Shown one piece after another: positions 48,740 through 59,751 of a stretch of DNA of 64,000 nucleotides (positions within the stretch are counted from its first letter, which is position 1; each line of letters begins with the position of its first letter). The DNA is from an uncultured Methanosarcinales archaeon (GTDB lineage: Archaea > Nanobdellota > Nanobdellia > Woesearchaeales > CAYSVS01), in the NCBI GenBank assembly GCA_964589485.1, contig CAZPRK010000006.1:1-64000 (forward strand), written 5' to 3'. Made by a program: the position numbers and the translations under genes. Under the pieces are notes generated by a model, which was not told the DNA's origin, did not search any database, and worked only from the letters and a program-made list of their open reading frames with translations.

Positions 48740-50488
48740 TTACTGAACTACGGCCTTAATCCTTCTAACACCAGCAGATGAAGACTCTTCTTTTTTAATC
48801 TTGAATGAACCTAATTCAGAAGTGTTTTTAACATGTGGGCCACCGCAAACTTCTAAACTGAATTTCCCAACTTTATATACAGAAACAACTTCATCATATT
48901 TACTTTCAAATTCAGCAATAGCTCCTTTTTCTTTAGCTTCCTTAAAAGGCATTTCTAACCTTTCAACATTTATTCCTTTTTCAATTTGCTCGTTTATCAT
49001 GTCTTCAATTTTCTTTTTTTCTTCATCAGTTAATTTTCTAGGAAAATTAAAATCAAATCTTAACCTTTCTGGAGTAATGTTACTTCCTTTTTGTACAATT
49101 TCTTGTCCAAGTACTCTTCTTAATGCTTCACCTAATAAATGAGTTGCAGTATGTAGTTTTTTACTTTCGTCTGAAGAATCACTTAACCCACCTTTAAATT
49201 TTTTTTCTGCTCCAATTCTTGAAACTTCTTGATGTTTTTCAAATTCTTTATTAAATCCTTCAACGTCAACTTTTACATTTACTTCTCCTGCAATTTCAGT
49301 AATCATTTCAATTGGAAAACCATAACTTTGAAATAATAAGAATGCATTTTTTGAATTAATATATTTTTCTTTATCAACTATTTTATGCATTTCTTTAAGT
49401 CCTTTTTCTAAAGTAAGTCTAAATTTATCTTCTTCTTCTTTTAATTGAGAGAAAATAAATTTTTTCTTTTCTTTTAATAAAGGAAATAAATCTTGATAAA
49501 TGTTAATTACTATTTCTGCTAAATTTTCACATAAACTAGATTTAATGTTTAATTTATGAGCATTTCTTATAACTCTTCTGATGAACCTTCTTAAAATATA
49601 ACTTTGATCAACTTTTCCAGGTGTTACTCCTCTTTCATCTCCAAGGATAAAAACTGCAGCCCTAATATGATCTGCAATTATTCTCATTGTTTTTTTATCT
49701 TCTTTGTATTTTTTTTTACTTAATTTTTCAATTTCTTCTATAATAGGCTTGAATAATTCTGATAAATAATTGTCATCATATCCTTGTAATATTGATGTAA
49801 CTCTTTCTACTCCTAACCCAGTATCTACATTTTTCATTGCTAAAGGAAAGTATTTTTTATCTTGTTTATCATATTGCATAAAAACATCGTTCCAAATTTC
49901 AACCCATCTTTTATCTTCTGGATCAAAAGTAGGAGGAGCTGGAACTTCTCCAACCCAGTAAAACATTTCTGTATCTGGGCCACAAGGTCCATTTTCACCA
50001 GCGGGACCCCACCAGTTTTCTTTCTTAGGTAAGAATGCAACTCTATCTTTTTTAATACCTAAATTATACCATATCTTAGCAGCTTCTTCATCTTTAGGAG
50101 CATCTTTATCTCCTTTGAATACACTAACTGCTAAATAATTTATATCAATTTTAAGTGTTTTTGTTAAAAATTCAAAACTGAATTCAATAGCTTCTTTTTT
50201 GAAATAATCTCCAAAACTCCAATTTCCAAGCATAAGAAAGAAAGTATGATGTGTAGTGTCACCAACTTCATCAATGTCACCAGTTCTAATACATTTTTGA
50301 ACATTAACTATTCTTTTTCCTTTTGAATGTTTTTGTCCTAATAAATAGGGAACTAAAGGATGCATTCCTGCAGTTGTGAACAAAACTGTAGGATCATGTT
50401 CAGGAATTAAAGGAGCACTAGGTATTTCTTTGTGATCTTTACTTTTAAAGAATTCAATATATTTTTTAATTAATTCTTGAGCGTTCAT
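48740..50488 (-). CDS. alaS: Alanyl-tRNA synthetase, short form lacking C-Ala
   Basis: FTTAGM, HHTFFLMLGNWSFGDYFK, ADHIRA, editing HTATH/CGGPH; ends GVRRIKAVVQ. Confidence 0.96.
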   Translation of the reverse strand: MNAQELIKKYIEFFKSKDHKEIPSAPLIPEHDPTVLFTTAGMHPLVPYLLGQKHSKGKRIVNVQKCIRTGDIDEVGDTTHHTFFLMLGNWSFGDYFKKEAIEFSFEFLTKTLKIDINYLAVSVFKGDKDAPKDEEAAKIWYNLGIKKDRVAFLPKKENWWGPAGENGPCGPDTEMFYWVGEVPAPPTFDPEDKRWVEIWNDVFMQYDKQDKKYFPLAMKNVDTGLGVERVTSILQGYDDNYLSELFKPIIEEIEKLSKKKYKEDKKTMRIIADHIRAAVFILGDERGVTPGKVDQSYILRRFIRRVIRNAHKLNIKSSLCENLAEIVINIYQDLFPLLKEKKKFIFSQLKEEEDKFRLTLEKGLKEMHKIVDKEKYINSKNAFLLFQSYGFPIEMITEIAGEVNVKVDVEGFNKEFEKHQEVSRIGAEKKFKGGLSDSSDESKKLHTATHLLGEALRRVLGQEIVQKGSNITPERLRFDFNFPRKLTDEEKKKIEDMINEQIEKGINVERLEMPFKEAKEKGAIAEFESKYDEVVSVYKVGKFSLEVCGGPHVKNTSELGSFKIKKEESSSAGVRRIKAVVQ

Positions 50489-50533
50489 AAGAAAAGTTAA
50501 ATATAGGGTATTTAAAAGGTTTTTGGTGGGATT

Positions 50534-50941
50534 CTAAAAAACTCGGTTAGGTCTAAATTTATCTAACTTCTTTAACCATAACAAACCAATTTTAATCATT
50601 AGTTTATTGAACCTTTCACTTAATTTATAACTTCTTTTGTACATGTCATAGTCAATTAAACCCATTGATTTCATCGGAGTTAATATTCTATCGTAGAATT
50701 GTCTTTTATTATAACTTATTTTAATTTTTTTTCCAATAAAAGGTTCTTTATTTATTTCAGTAACATAATTACCTTCATGTAACTTTGTTGCAAATTCACT
50801 CATTTCAGTTTTAGTAATTTCACCATCGTTTTCTTTTATGAATTCAATTAATAAACTACCAACTAATTCTTGTTGTTCTGTAGCAAAAACTATTTTAAAT
50901 ATATCTTCAGGCATGTTAAATTGATCAAATAGGATTACCAT
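50534..50941 (-). CDS. Hypothetical winged-helix-like protein
   Basis: FYDRILTPMKSMGLIDYD...YKLSERF resembles a wHTH recognition helix and wing. Confidence 0.65.
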   Translation of the reverse strand: MVILFDQFNMPEDIFKIVFATEQQELVGSLLIEFIKENDGEITKTEMSEFATKLHEGNYVTEINKEPFIGKKIKISYNKRQFYDRILTPMKSMGLIDYDMYKRSYKLSERFNKLMIKIGLLWLKKLDKFRPNRVF

Positions 50942-51035
50942 ATTGAAAAAGTAAAAGCAAGAGTAGTATATAAATGTAACTCATTAGTATATTGTAAGGG
51001 ATTTATTTAAAAAAGAAGAATGTTTTACCTAACTT

Positions 51036-51563
51036 ATGAAAAAATATAAATTATCTAGTGCTGAAGTTGCATTTGATTTATTAGATACCTTTCAGTATAA
51101 AGTAGCGAATTCTGATGATGTGTCTGCACAATTTAATTTTATGAATGGGGTTTCTTTAGTTTTGGAAAGAAGGATAGATGAAAATAAAACTACTTTTTCA
51201 AATGTTTCTGTTTATAATGTCTCTCATTATTTAGGAACCATTAGGCACATTACATTTCACGGATATATAACTAAATTCAAAACAGACTTTGACAAAGCTT
51301 CTTTGGAATTAGTGGGAAAGTATCTTAATTCTTTAAACATTCTAGGTGTTAAAATAATATCAAACACAGAATGGCTCAAAAAAGAAAGAGATTATTTAAG
51401 AAAGTTAAATAATGCTAGGTATACAGTTTTGTACATTAATCAAGATTTAAACAAAAGAAGAAAAAAGTCAAAAGGAAGTGTTAAAAAATTAGAAAAGTTA
51501 GTTGAAGGAGAAACAATAAATGTTAAAGGAGTTGTGGAAAAACTTTTTTCCTTTCAGAGTTAA
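51036..51563 (+). CDS. Hypothetical protein
   Basis: ORF with upstream TTTAAAAA. Confidence 0.55.
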   Translation: MKKYKLSSAEVAFDLLDTFQYKVANSDDVSAQFNFMNGVSLVLERRIDENKTTFSNVSVYNVSHYLGTIRHITFHGYITKFKTDFDKASLELVGKYLNSLNILGVKIISNTEWLKKERDYLRKLNNARYTVLYINQDLNKRRKKSKGSVKKLEKLVEGETINVKGVVEKLFSFQS

Positions 51564-52398
51564 ATTCTCTTATTTTTTGTTTGTAATTAAAACCATAATC
51601 TTTTGCTAAGCTTTTAAGTGTATTTAATAATTTTGAAGACATTGGATTACCTATCATTTCTATTAAAACTAGATTTGCCTGTGCATCAATAGTTCTGTCT
51701 ATAACTTCACTATCATGAATATACATTATAGTATCATCTATTATTTCTATTTTTTTGTCAAGGTCTAAGTCTTTACTTTCTATAGTATACTTTATTGATT
51801 TTTCAAAAGCCATATCTGCGACTTTATGTTTTTTTACTTCTGATAAATAATGTCCTAAAATATTATAATAATCTAAATCACTAATTGCTCCTTTAAGTTC
51901 AGGTAATATTGATTTAGCTTCTTTGTATTCATCTAAAGCTAAAAAATCAAAAAAATCTTCTATTTTATCAAAATAATTAGTTATTTTAATATCTTTTACT
52001 CCAAGAAAAAATAATCTATTTTTATAATTTGTAAAATCTTTTTTTTCTATGGCTAAAATCTCTGCCATTATAATAAGTGCTTCTATGTTTTTTGGTTCTA
52101 ACTCTAATACTATTTTCATTTTTTCTTTACTTTTTTCAAAATCTCCGACATTGTATGCTAAAACTCCTAATTCAAATAATAATTCAGGATTTTTTGATTT
52201 AATTTTAATTAAACTAGAATATAATTTAGGATCTACATTTCCGCATGAGTACTGTAAGAATGCAAGTTGTACATAATACTCTGTCATATTTGTTTTGGTT
52301 GCTAAATAATGTCCAAGGTCTCTTGCTTTTTCAAAATCATTAACTTCTATTAACATATCTATTTGTTTCTGTACCTTCTTAACTTTTCTGTACTTCAC
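51523..52398 (-). CDS. TPR-repeat protein
   Basis: LFELGVLAYNVGDFEKS..LELEPKN, YYNILGHYL; GTGA overlap with glmU. Confidence 0.75.
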   Translation of the reverse strand: MKYRKVKKVQKQIDMLIEVNDFEKARDLGHYLATKTNMTEYYVQLAFLQYSCGNVDPKLYSSLIKIKSKNPELLFELGVLAYNVGDFEKSKEKMKIVLELEPKNIEALIIMAEILAIEKKDFTNYKNRLFFLGVKDIKITNYFDKIEDFFDFLALDEYKEAKSILPELKGAISDLDYYNILGHYLSEVKKHKVADMAFEKSIKYTIESKDLDLDKKIEIIDDTIMYIHDSEVIDRTIDAQANLVLIEMIGNPMSSKLLNTLKSLAKDYGFNYKQKIREFNSERKKVFPQLL

Positions 52399-53576
52399 TT
52401 AACATCTTTCCTCACAATTGCACCAGGTAATGTTATAGTTCCAGGCCAGAATTTTCTTCCAGGATATATGCTAGTGTGAATTCCAGTATGAACATTTTCA
52501 GCAACTATAGTTCCGAATTTTCTTCTATCTGAGTCAAGTAATTTATCTCTTATTTCTGTAAAAACATTTGCATTATCATGTCTTAGGTTGGCTGTTATGG
52601 TTCCTGCTCCCATATTACTATTTTCACCTAATACTGAATCGCCAATATAAGATAAATGTCCAACATTTGTATTGTTCATAATAATAGAATTTTTTATTTC
52701 AACTGCGTTTCCTACTTTGCAATTATTTCCGATTGAAGTACTAGGTCTAATGTAACAATTAGGACCAATGTTACAATTTTCGCCAATAATAACTGGACCT
52801 TCAATGTAAACTCCATTTTTAATTATGGTTCCTTTTCCAATAATAACGTTTCCTTTTATTGTAACACTTTTTTCTACTTCACCTTGAATATTTTCATTAA
52901 TTCTGTTAAGAAATTTTGTATTTGCATCTAATAAATGCCATGCGTAACCTATGCTAAGCCAATATTCACTAACTTCAATTGCTTGAATTTCATTTTCTTT
53001 AGATAATGATAATATTGCTTCCGTAATTTCATATTCGCCTCTTTCTGATTTTTGCATTTCAAAATTAAATATTTTTTTATCTAGAACATATAATGCACAA
53101 TTTACTAAATCACTTACAAATTCATTTGGTTTTTCAATTAAATCTTTAATTATGTTATTTTCGGTTATAAATACTCCGAACCTTTCAGGGTTTTTTACCT
53201 TTTGAACTAATACTGAATAATTATATTTAATACATTCTTTAATATCTTTCTTATGATATAAATCATCACCCATCATTAAAATAAATTTATTTTGAATTAA
53301 ATCTTTACAAGAATTAACAGCATCACCAGTTCCTAATTGCTTAACTTGTTCTACATACTTTATTTTAATTCCTTTATATTCATTTCCAATAAATTCAATT
53401 ATTTCTTCTTTAAGAAACCCTACTACTATAATTGCTTCATCTACTATTCCTATTAATTGGTCTAAGTTATGTTCAATTAAAGTTTTATTTGCAACTTTTA
53501 ACAATACTTTTGGTTTATTGATAGTTAACGGTTCAGTTCTTGTTGATTTTCCTGCTGCTAATATTATTGCTTGCAT
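52395..53576 (-). CDS. glmU: Bifunctional sugar-1-phosphate nucleotidyltransferase/acetyltransferase (archaeal GlmU)
   Basis: ILAAGKSTR..PK, SERGEYEIT, hexapeptide repeats, HLSYIGDS, GAGTITANLRHD. Confidence 0.93.
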   Translation of the reverse strand: MQAIILAAGKSTRTEPLTINKPKVLLKVANKTLIEHNLDQLIGIVDEAIIVVGFLKEEIIEFIGNEYKGIKIKYVEQVKQLGTGDAVNSCKDLIQNKFILMMGDDLYHKKDIKECIKYNYSVLVQKVKNPERFGVFITENNIIKDLIEKPNEFVSDLVNCALYVLDKKIFNFEMQKSERGEYEITEAILSLSKENEIQAIEVSEYWLSIGYAWHLLDANTKFLNRINENIQGEVEKSVTIKGNVIIGKGTIIKNGVYIEGPVIIGENCNIGPNCYIRPSTSIGNNCKVGNAVEIKNSIIMNNTNVGHLSYIGDSVLGENSNMGAGTITANLRHDNANVFTEIRDKLLDSDRRKFGTIVAENVHTGIHTSIYPGRKFWPGTITLPGAIVRKDVK

Positions 53577-54901
53577 TAAACTCCAACCTCTTCTTTGATT
53601 GCGTTAACTATTTTATTTGCAAAACTTTCAATGTCACCTTCTCCTTCAATCATTACTCTAGCAACATTTTGAGTTCCAGAATACCTTACTATAACTCTTC
53701 CATTTGCTCCTAAAGATTTTTCAACATCTGAAATTGCTTGTTTAGTAATTTCTAAATTATTTAATTCTTTTTTTTCCTTAACTTCTACATTTTTGATATA
53801 TTGTGGAATTGTATTCATAACTTCAGCTAATTCAGATATTTTCTTTCCACTCTTTTTCATTATTTTTAATAATTGTAATGCGCTAATAATTCCATCTCCT
53901 GTGGTCGCATAATCTAAAAAAATTAAATGTCCACTTTGTTCTCCACCAAAAATATATTTGTTTTTTCTCATTTCTTCGGTAACGTATCTGTCTCCTACTT
54001 GGGTTTGAATTAAGTTTATTCCGTTTTCTTGAAGACATTTTTTTAAACCTAAATTACTCATTATGGTAGAAACAACTGTATTATTTTTCAATAACCCTTT
54101 TCTTTTTAATTCTAAGGCGGAAATTGCCATTATTTTATCTCCGTTAACTTCTTCTCCTTTTTCATCAACTACAATAACTCTGTCTGCGTCACCATCTAAC
54201 GCAATTCCGATATTGGCATTGTTTTTGATTACAGCATTACGAATTATATCTGGATGTTCACTTCCGCAATTAAGGTTAATATTTTCTCCATCAGGGTTAT
54301 TGTTTAAAACAATAACTTCTGCTCCTAATTCTGAGAAAACTAAAGGAGCAATGTTATACGCTGCACCATTTGCACAATCTAATACTATTTTTATTCCTTC
54401 AAGTGAATAATTTTTAATTGAACTTTTTGCAAATTCAATATATCTTCCACTTGCGTTTTTGATTCTAACTGCTTTACCAATTTTATTTAATTGTAAATCT
54501 TTTCCAAGAATTATTTCTTCTATTTGTTCTTCAATTTTATCATCTAATTTAAATCCATTTGAATCAAATATTTTTATTCCGTTATCTTCTGCAGGATTAT
54601 GACTTGCACTAATAACAATTCCAGCATCTGCATTAAAACTTTTAGTTAAATGGGCAATTGCCGGAGTGGGCATAGGACCAACTAATATTGCTTTGCCTCC
54701 CATTGAAGTGACACCTGCAGTTATTGCATGTTCAAACATATATCCGCTTAATCTTGTATCTTTTCCAATAATTATTTTAGGATTTTGTTTATTTTTTAAA
54801 ACTTCAACTACTGCTTGTCCTACTTTTGTTGCAACTTCTATATTCATAGGATAAACATTTGCTTTTCCTCTAATTCCATCTGTACCAAAAAGTTGTCTCA
54901 T
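53576..54901 (-). CDS. glmM: Phosphoglucosamine mutase
   Basis: FGTDGIRG, SASHNP, DGDADR, GGEQSGH. Confidence 0.95.
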   Translation of the reverse strand: MRQLFGTDGIRGKANVYPMNIEVATKVGQAVVEVLKNKQNPKIIIGKDTRLSGYMFEHAITAGVTSMGGKAILVGPMPTPAIAHLTKSFNADAGIVISASHNPAEDNGIKIFDSNGFKLDDKIEEQIEEIILGKDLQLNKIGKAVRIKNASGRYIEFAKSSIKNYSLEGIKIVLDCANGAAYNIAPLVFSELGAEVIVLNNNPDGENINLNCGSEHPDIIRNAVIKNNANIGIALDGDADRVIVVDEKGEEVNGDKIMAISALELKRKGLLKNNTVVSTIMSNLGLKKCLQENGINLIQTQVGDRYVTEEMRKNKYIFGGEQSGHLIFLDYATTGDGIISALQLLKIMKKSGKKISELAEVMNTIPQYIKNVEVKEKKELNNLEITKQAISDVEKSLGANGRVIVRYSGTQNVARVMIEGEGDIESFANKIVNAIKEEVGV

Positions 54902-56649
54902 TTTACAGTCACACTCTTTGCTAAATTTCTTGGCATGTCTGGATCACACCCTCTTTCTAATGCTAAATAATAACTTAATATTTGAAGTGGAATAATCATA
55001 AGTATTGGATCTAAGTTTTCTGATTCTGGAATTTGTATAAAATAATCAAAAACTTCATTTTTTTCTGTACCAAACCCAATAATGTATCCTCCTCTTGCTT
55101 TAATTTCCATAGCGTTACTTAAAATTAATTCGTTTCTTTGATTATGAACAAATACTATAACTGGAATGTCTTGCTCAATTAATGCTATAGTTCCATGTTT
55201 AAGTTCACCGCCAGCAAACCCTTCTGCGTGAATATAAGTTACTTCTTTAACCTTTAATGCAGCTTCTAATGCTGTCGGAAATAAAATTCCTCTTCCGATC
55301 ATAAACATATCTTTAGAATCTTTGAGTTTTGTAGCTAATCCTTTTAGAGTAACTAGATTATCATCGATTAACTTTGGGATTTGATCTATTGCATCGTTAA
55401 TTGCATTTTTTCCTTCTTCTACTTGTCCATTTATTGCATATGCAAGTAAAGTAAATAATGCGATTTGACTAGTATAACTTTTTGTACTAAGAACGCATAT
55501 TTCTGGTCCTGCATTCATCATTAAACTATAATCTGATACTCTTGTTAAAGTTGAACCCATTACGTTAACTATGCTTATTACTTTTGCCTTGTTAATGTTT
55601 GCAAAATTAACTGCATCAAGAAGATCTGCTGTTTCTCCGCTTTGACTTACTGCTATTATTATTGAGTCTTCATCTATAATGTTTTTAAATCTTCCAAATT
55701 CGCTAGCTAATGCAACGTGTGCATTTATATTTGCAATATCGCTAAATAAATATGCTGCAGAAAGACATGCATGATAACTAGTTCCGCATCCTAATAAAAA
55801 TATATTTTTTGCTTTTTTAAGATCGTTTGCAACTTTTAATATTAATTCTATATCTCTTTCTATTGCAAGTTTAACTGTTTCTTTTTGTTCATTAATTTCT
55901 TTTAGCATAAAATGTGGGTATTCTCCTTTTTGGGCTTGATCGATGCTCCATTCAATTGTTTTTATTTCTTTTGTGATTTCTTTTCCGTCATTTAATGAAA
56001 ATAATTTATACTCTTCGTTTATATATCCGTATTCGTTATCATCTAAATAAATAACTTTATTTGTATGTTTTAGAAATGCTGGAACGTCACTTGCAAGAAA
56101 AACTTCATTTTTGCCGACACCTAATACTAAAGGACTACCTCTTCTTGCAAAATATAACTTGTTATCAAGTGTCATCATTACTATTGCAAAGCTACCTTTA
56201 AGGAATTGTAATGTTTTTCTGAAAGCTTCTGCGATGCTATCTCCCTTTTGTACGTGATGTTCAATTAAAAGCGGTATTACTTCAGTGTCTGTATCTGATT
56301 TTATACTTATTCCTTTTTGTTTTAATATATATCTTAATTCTTGAAAATTTTCTATGATTCCGTTATGAACAACTGCAATTTTTTTATCCATGCTAAGATG
56401 GGGGTGTGCATTTACTTTGGTAACTCCACCGTGAGTTGCCCATCTTGTATGTGCGATTGCAATATTTGATTCAGGTAAGTTTATATTATTTATTCCGCCA
56501 ATTTTTCCAACATCTTTAATTAAATTAATTTGTTCAGTTTTATTGGCAATTCCAAAACTATCATAACCTCTGTACTCTAAACTCTTAATTCCTTCTAATA
56601 CTATTGCATTAGCTTCTCTGTTTCCTATATATCCTATTATTCCGCACAT
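54898..56649 (-). CDS. glmS: Glutamine-fructose-6-phosphate aminotransferase
   Basis: MCGI, EYRGYDS, HTRWATHG, SQSGET, ELKHG, PRNLAKSVT. Confidence 0.97.
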   Translation of the reverse strand: MCGIIGYIGNREANAIVLEGIKSLEYRGYDSFGIANKTEQINLIKDVGKIGGINNINLPESNIAIAHTRWATHGGVTKVNAHPHLSMDKKIAVVHNGIIENFQELRYILKQKGISIKSDTDTEVIPLLIEHHVQKGDSIAEAFRKTLQFLKGSFAIVMMTLDNKLYFARRGSPLVLGVGKNEVFLASDVPAFLKHTNKVIYLDDNEYGYINEEYKLFSLNDGKEITKEIKTIEWSIDQAQKGEYPHFMLKEINEQKETVKLAIERDIELILKVANDLKKAKNIFLLGCGTSYHACLSAAYLFSDIANINAHVALASEFGRFKNIIDEDSIIIAVSQSGETADLLDAVNFANINKAKVISIVNVMGSTLTRVSDYSLMMNAGPEICVLSTKSYTSQIALFTLLAYAINGQVEEGKNAINDAIDQIPKLIDDNLVTLKGLATKLKDSKDMFMIGRGILFPTALEAALKVKEVTYIHAEGFAGGELKHGTIALIEQDIPVIVFVHNQRNELILSNAMEIKARGGYIIGFGTEKNEVFDYFIQIPESENLDPILMIIPLQILSYYLALERGCDPDMPRNLAKSVTVK

Positions 56650-56674
56650 TTTAAGTTGTTTGAAAAAAGAAAGG

Positions 56675-56686
56675 CTTATATATAAG
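56675..56686. promoter_or_regulatory. Palindromic TATA element in the divergent glmS / HTH-gene spacer
   Basis: CTTATATATAAG perfect palindrome ~30 nt upstream of glmS ATG. Confidence 0.55.
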
Positions 56687-56722
56687 TGTTACTAAAATAT
56701 TTATAATACCTTTAAAAATAAA

Positions 56723-57634
56723 ATGTTAGTGGTTGATCAAAGACAAAATGGGACTTATTCGGTTACTGCGAATGAAATTAAATTAAGTAGTTTGAAATCT
56801 TTATCAAGTAAACTTGCCAGGTTAATTTTAAGGCAAATAGCAATTAAGCCAATGTATCCTAAGGAATTGTCTAAAATCTTAAAAGAACATGAACAAAAAA
56901 TATACTACCATATAAGAAATTTGGAAAAATCAGGGTTAATACGGATATTAAAAAAAGAACAAATACAGGGTGGAAGTGCTAATATTTATTGTTTGAAAGA
57001 AGATGCTTTTATCTTTAAGTTTAAAGAATTAAAATTAACTCAAAAATTAACAAGTAAAAAGGTAAAAAATAAGTTTTTAGAACCTTTTATTGAGAATAAT
57101 ACCTTGAATGCATTAATTGTAGTAGGTTCACCTGATCCTCATGGACCAGAAAAGGCTAGATCTAGGGATGGTTATTATGGAATGGATTTAGCTTTGTTTC
57201 TTGGAACTCATTTGAATTATGTTCCTCAATTGAATGTTAAACTAGATACTGAAGTAAGGCAAGAGGATTTAGATAATAACTTAATTCTATTAGGTGGACC
57301 AGTAACAAATAAAATAACAGAAAAATTTAACGATACTTTGCCAATTAGGTTTGAGAATGGAAATATTAAAAGTACTATTTCTAATGTTATTTATCATAAT
57401 GATGAAAATGCTTTAATTGTGAAAACAGTTAATAAATTTAATAGGAGTAAAAGAATTTTAGTTATTGCTGGAAGAAAACATGCAGGGACAAGAGCAGCTA
57501 TAATAGGTTTCTTAAAAAAGTTTGATCAAATATGTTTAGGTAATAAATATAATGATAAAATTAATTCTAAAGTAGTTGAAGGAATTGATATGAATAGCGA
57601 TGGGATAGTTGACGAAGTTGAGTTTTTGGAGTAG
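56723..57634 (+). CDS. ArsR-type HTH regulator with C-terminal putative ligand-binding domain
   Basis: PMYPKELSK...IYYHIRNLEKSGLI; C-terminal NLILLGGPVTNKIT, IAG..GTRAA. Confidence 0.8.
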   Translation: MLVVDQRQNGTYSVTANEIKLSSLKSLSSKLARLILRQIAIKPMYPKELSKILKEHEQKIYYHIRNLEKSGLIRILKKEQIQGGSANIYCLKEDAFIFKFKELKLTQKLTSKKVKNKFLEPFIENNTLNALIVVGSPDPHGPEKARSRDGYYGMDLALFLGTHLNYVPQLNVKLDTEVRQEDLDNNLILLGGPVTNKITEKFNDTLPIRFENGNIKSTISNVIYHNDENALIVKTVNKFNRSKRILVIAGRKHAGTRAAIIGFLKKFDQICLGNKYNDKINSKVVEGIDMNSDGIVDEVEFLE

Positions 57635-57638
57635 GTTA

Positions 57639-57914
57639 CTATAAACTATCGATAGCCCTATCAAAATAATATCTTGCTTCTTGAAAATTTTCATCTGTAA
57701 TTGATTGAAAATTAATTTCAAATCGATGTGGTAATAAACTATGTCTATATAATAATTCAAAATCCAATCCAAAATATCCACTATAATTAAAACGGCTTTT
57801 AACGTCTAGTTGAGGTATTACTTTATCTATAATATTTTTAATTTGCGATAAAGGACCAGATACATTAATATTACGCTCTTCAGGTATAACTTCATAAGAT
57901 AAATCATTGAACAT
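57639..57914 (-). CDS. Hypothetical protein
   Basis: Follows ABCE1 by 4 nt with GGGTGA RBS. Confidence 0.55.
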   Translation of the reverse strand: MFNDLSYEVIPEERNINVSGPLSQIKNIIDKVIPQLDVKSRFNYSGYFGLDFELLYRHSLLPHRFEINFQSITDENFQEARYYFDRAIDSL

Positions 57915-57918
57915 TTAA

Positions 57919-59679
57919 TCACCCTGTATAATAATATTTCCCACTACTCTTTTGTTCTCTGTCTTTAACACTTCCAGGTTTATTTATCCTAGCCATGTTA
58001 CTTTCTTTATCTCTTCTGAAAGTTATTTCTAAGTCTTTCAAAAACATAGTCATTCCTTCATTCATTTTAAATGGTCCTTTCGCAACTCCTTTCTTTGCAG
58101 GCATACCATCAAAAACCATTATACTTTTGGATAAATGATCTAAAAATAATAAATCATGATCTACAACTAATGAAGATGCACCTTTATGTTCCATAAAATC
58201 TCCTAAAACTTTACTTACAATTAATCTTTGTTCAACATCTAAGTATGCTGAAGGTTCATCTAATAAATATAAATTTGCATTTTTTTGTAAAGTATCTGCT
58301 ATTGCGACTCTTTGTAATTGCCCGCCTGATAATTCACATATTTTTTTGTTAAATAAAGGTTCTAGATTTAAAGGTTTAATAATTAGTGAGTCTAATTTTT
58401 GAATTGCGTCTTGCAATACAACCATAACTAATTCTTCACTATCTGAGTTAATATATTGAGGTTTGTAACTAACCTTAATATCCCCTTCAACTTTTCCTTT
58501 ATCTGATTTTTCTGCTCCAGCTAATATTTTTACAAAAGTAGTTTTACCTATTCCATTTTCTCCTAATACTCCAATTACATTTTTCTTTACAATAATTCCA
58601 GGTTCAGCATGTAAAGTAAATTTATCTAATTTTTTATTAACTTCATTCCATGAACATAATTCTTCTTTAGAAACAATTTTATCATCTGCTCTTGTATCGA
58701 ATTTAATTGCTTTATCTCTAATACGCATATTTTCTTCTCTTAAATAACCACTTAGATAAGTGTTAATTCCTTGTTTTGTAGTTTTTGGTAAAGAAACAAC
58801 ACCAAAAGTATTTTCACTTCCGTACATTAAATGGACTAAATCTGTCATGTAATCTAAAATAATTAAATCATGTTCAATAACTAATACTGCAGTGTTTTCA
58901 TCAGCTAATTCTTTGATAAATTTACTTACTTTAATTCTTTGTTTAATATCAAGATAAGATGTTGGTTCATCAAAAACATATAAATTTGCATCTTTTAGTA
59001 CAGTTGCAGCAATTGCTACTCTTTGTAATTCTCCGCCTGAAATTTTACTTATATCGTTATCAAGTATATTCTCTAATTCTAAAATTTTTGAAATTTTTTC
59101 AATTTCATTTTTTTCATCAACCTTTTTTAATAAATCAATAACTTTACCTTTAGTTTGTTTTGGAATTAAATCAACAGATTGAGGTTTGTATGCAATTTTT
59201 ATTTCTCCTTTTTTTACTTTTTCAAAAAACTTTTGAGATTCAGTTCCTTTGAAATATTGAATTAAATCATCGTATGTAGCTTCTTTTTCCCACTTTCCTA
59301 AATTAGGTTTCATTACTCCTGCTAATATTTTAATTGCAGTTGATTTTCCAATTCCGTTTTTTCCTAAGACACCTACAACTTTTCCAAATATTGGCATTGG
59401 TAGATTATATAATGCAAATTCATTTTCTCCATATCTATGAATTGGTTGTTCATTTAAGCTTTCAGGAAGGTTTATGATATTAATTGCATCAACTGGACAT
59501 TTGACAACGCATATATTGCAACCTATGCAAGTCTCTTCATTGATTAATGGTTTGTTAAAATCTCCTACTGTTACACATTCTGTTCCTGATCTGTCAACTG
59601 GACAAACTTTATGGCATTGAAACTCACAACCATTTCCATTAATACATTTTTCTTTATCTATAACTGCAATTCTAGTCAT
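57919..59679 (-). CDS. abce1: Ribosome recycling ATPase ABCE1/RLI
   Basis: Start moved to MTRIAVID (59679); Fe-S Cys domain, two GxNGIGK(S/T) Walker A motifs, two SGG.LQR signatures. Confidence 0.97.
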   Translation of the reverse strand: MTRIAVIDKEKCINGNGCEFQCHKVCPVDRSGTECVTVGDFNKPLINEETCIGCNICVVKCPVDAINIINLPESLNEQPIHRYGENEFALYNLPMPIFGKVVGVLGKNGIGKSTAIKILAGVMKPNLGKWEKEATYDDLIQYFKGTESQKFFEKVKKGEIKIAYKPQSVDLIPKQTKGKVIDLLKKVDEKNEIEKISKILELENILDNDISKISGGELQRVAIAATVLKDANLYVFDEPTSYLDIKQRIKVSKFIKELADENTAVLVIEHDLIILDYMTDLVHLMYGSENTFGVVSLPKTTKQGINTYLSGYLREENMRIRDKAIKFDTRADDKIVSKEELCSWNEVNKKLDKFTLHAEPGIIVKKNVIGVLGENGIGKTTFVKILAGAEKSDKGKVEGDIKVSYKPQYINSDSEELVMVVLQDAIQKLDSLIIKPLNLEPLFNKKICELSGGQLQRVAIADTLQKNANLYLLDEPSAYLDVEQRLIVSKVLGDFMEHKGASSLVVDHDLLFLDHLSKSIMVFDGMPAKKGVAKGPFKMNEGMTMFLKDLEITFRRDKESNMARINKPGSVKDREQKSSGKYYYTG

Positions 59680-59751
59680 ATTGAGTAAGATTAAAAGGAA
59701 GTTTAAAAATATTGCTAAATATTTATAAGGATTCGTTAGAGTATTGTTATC

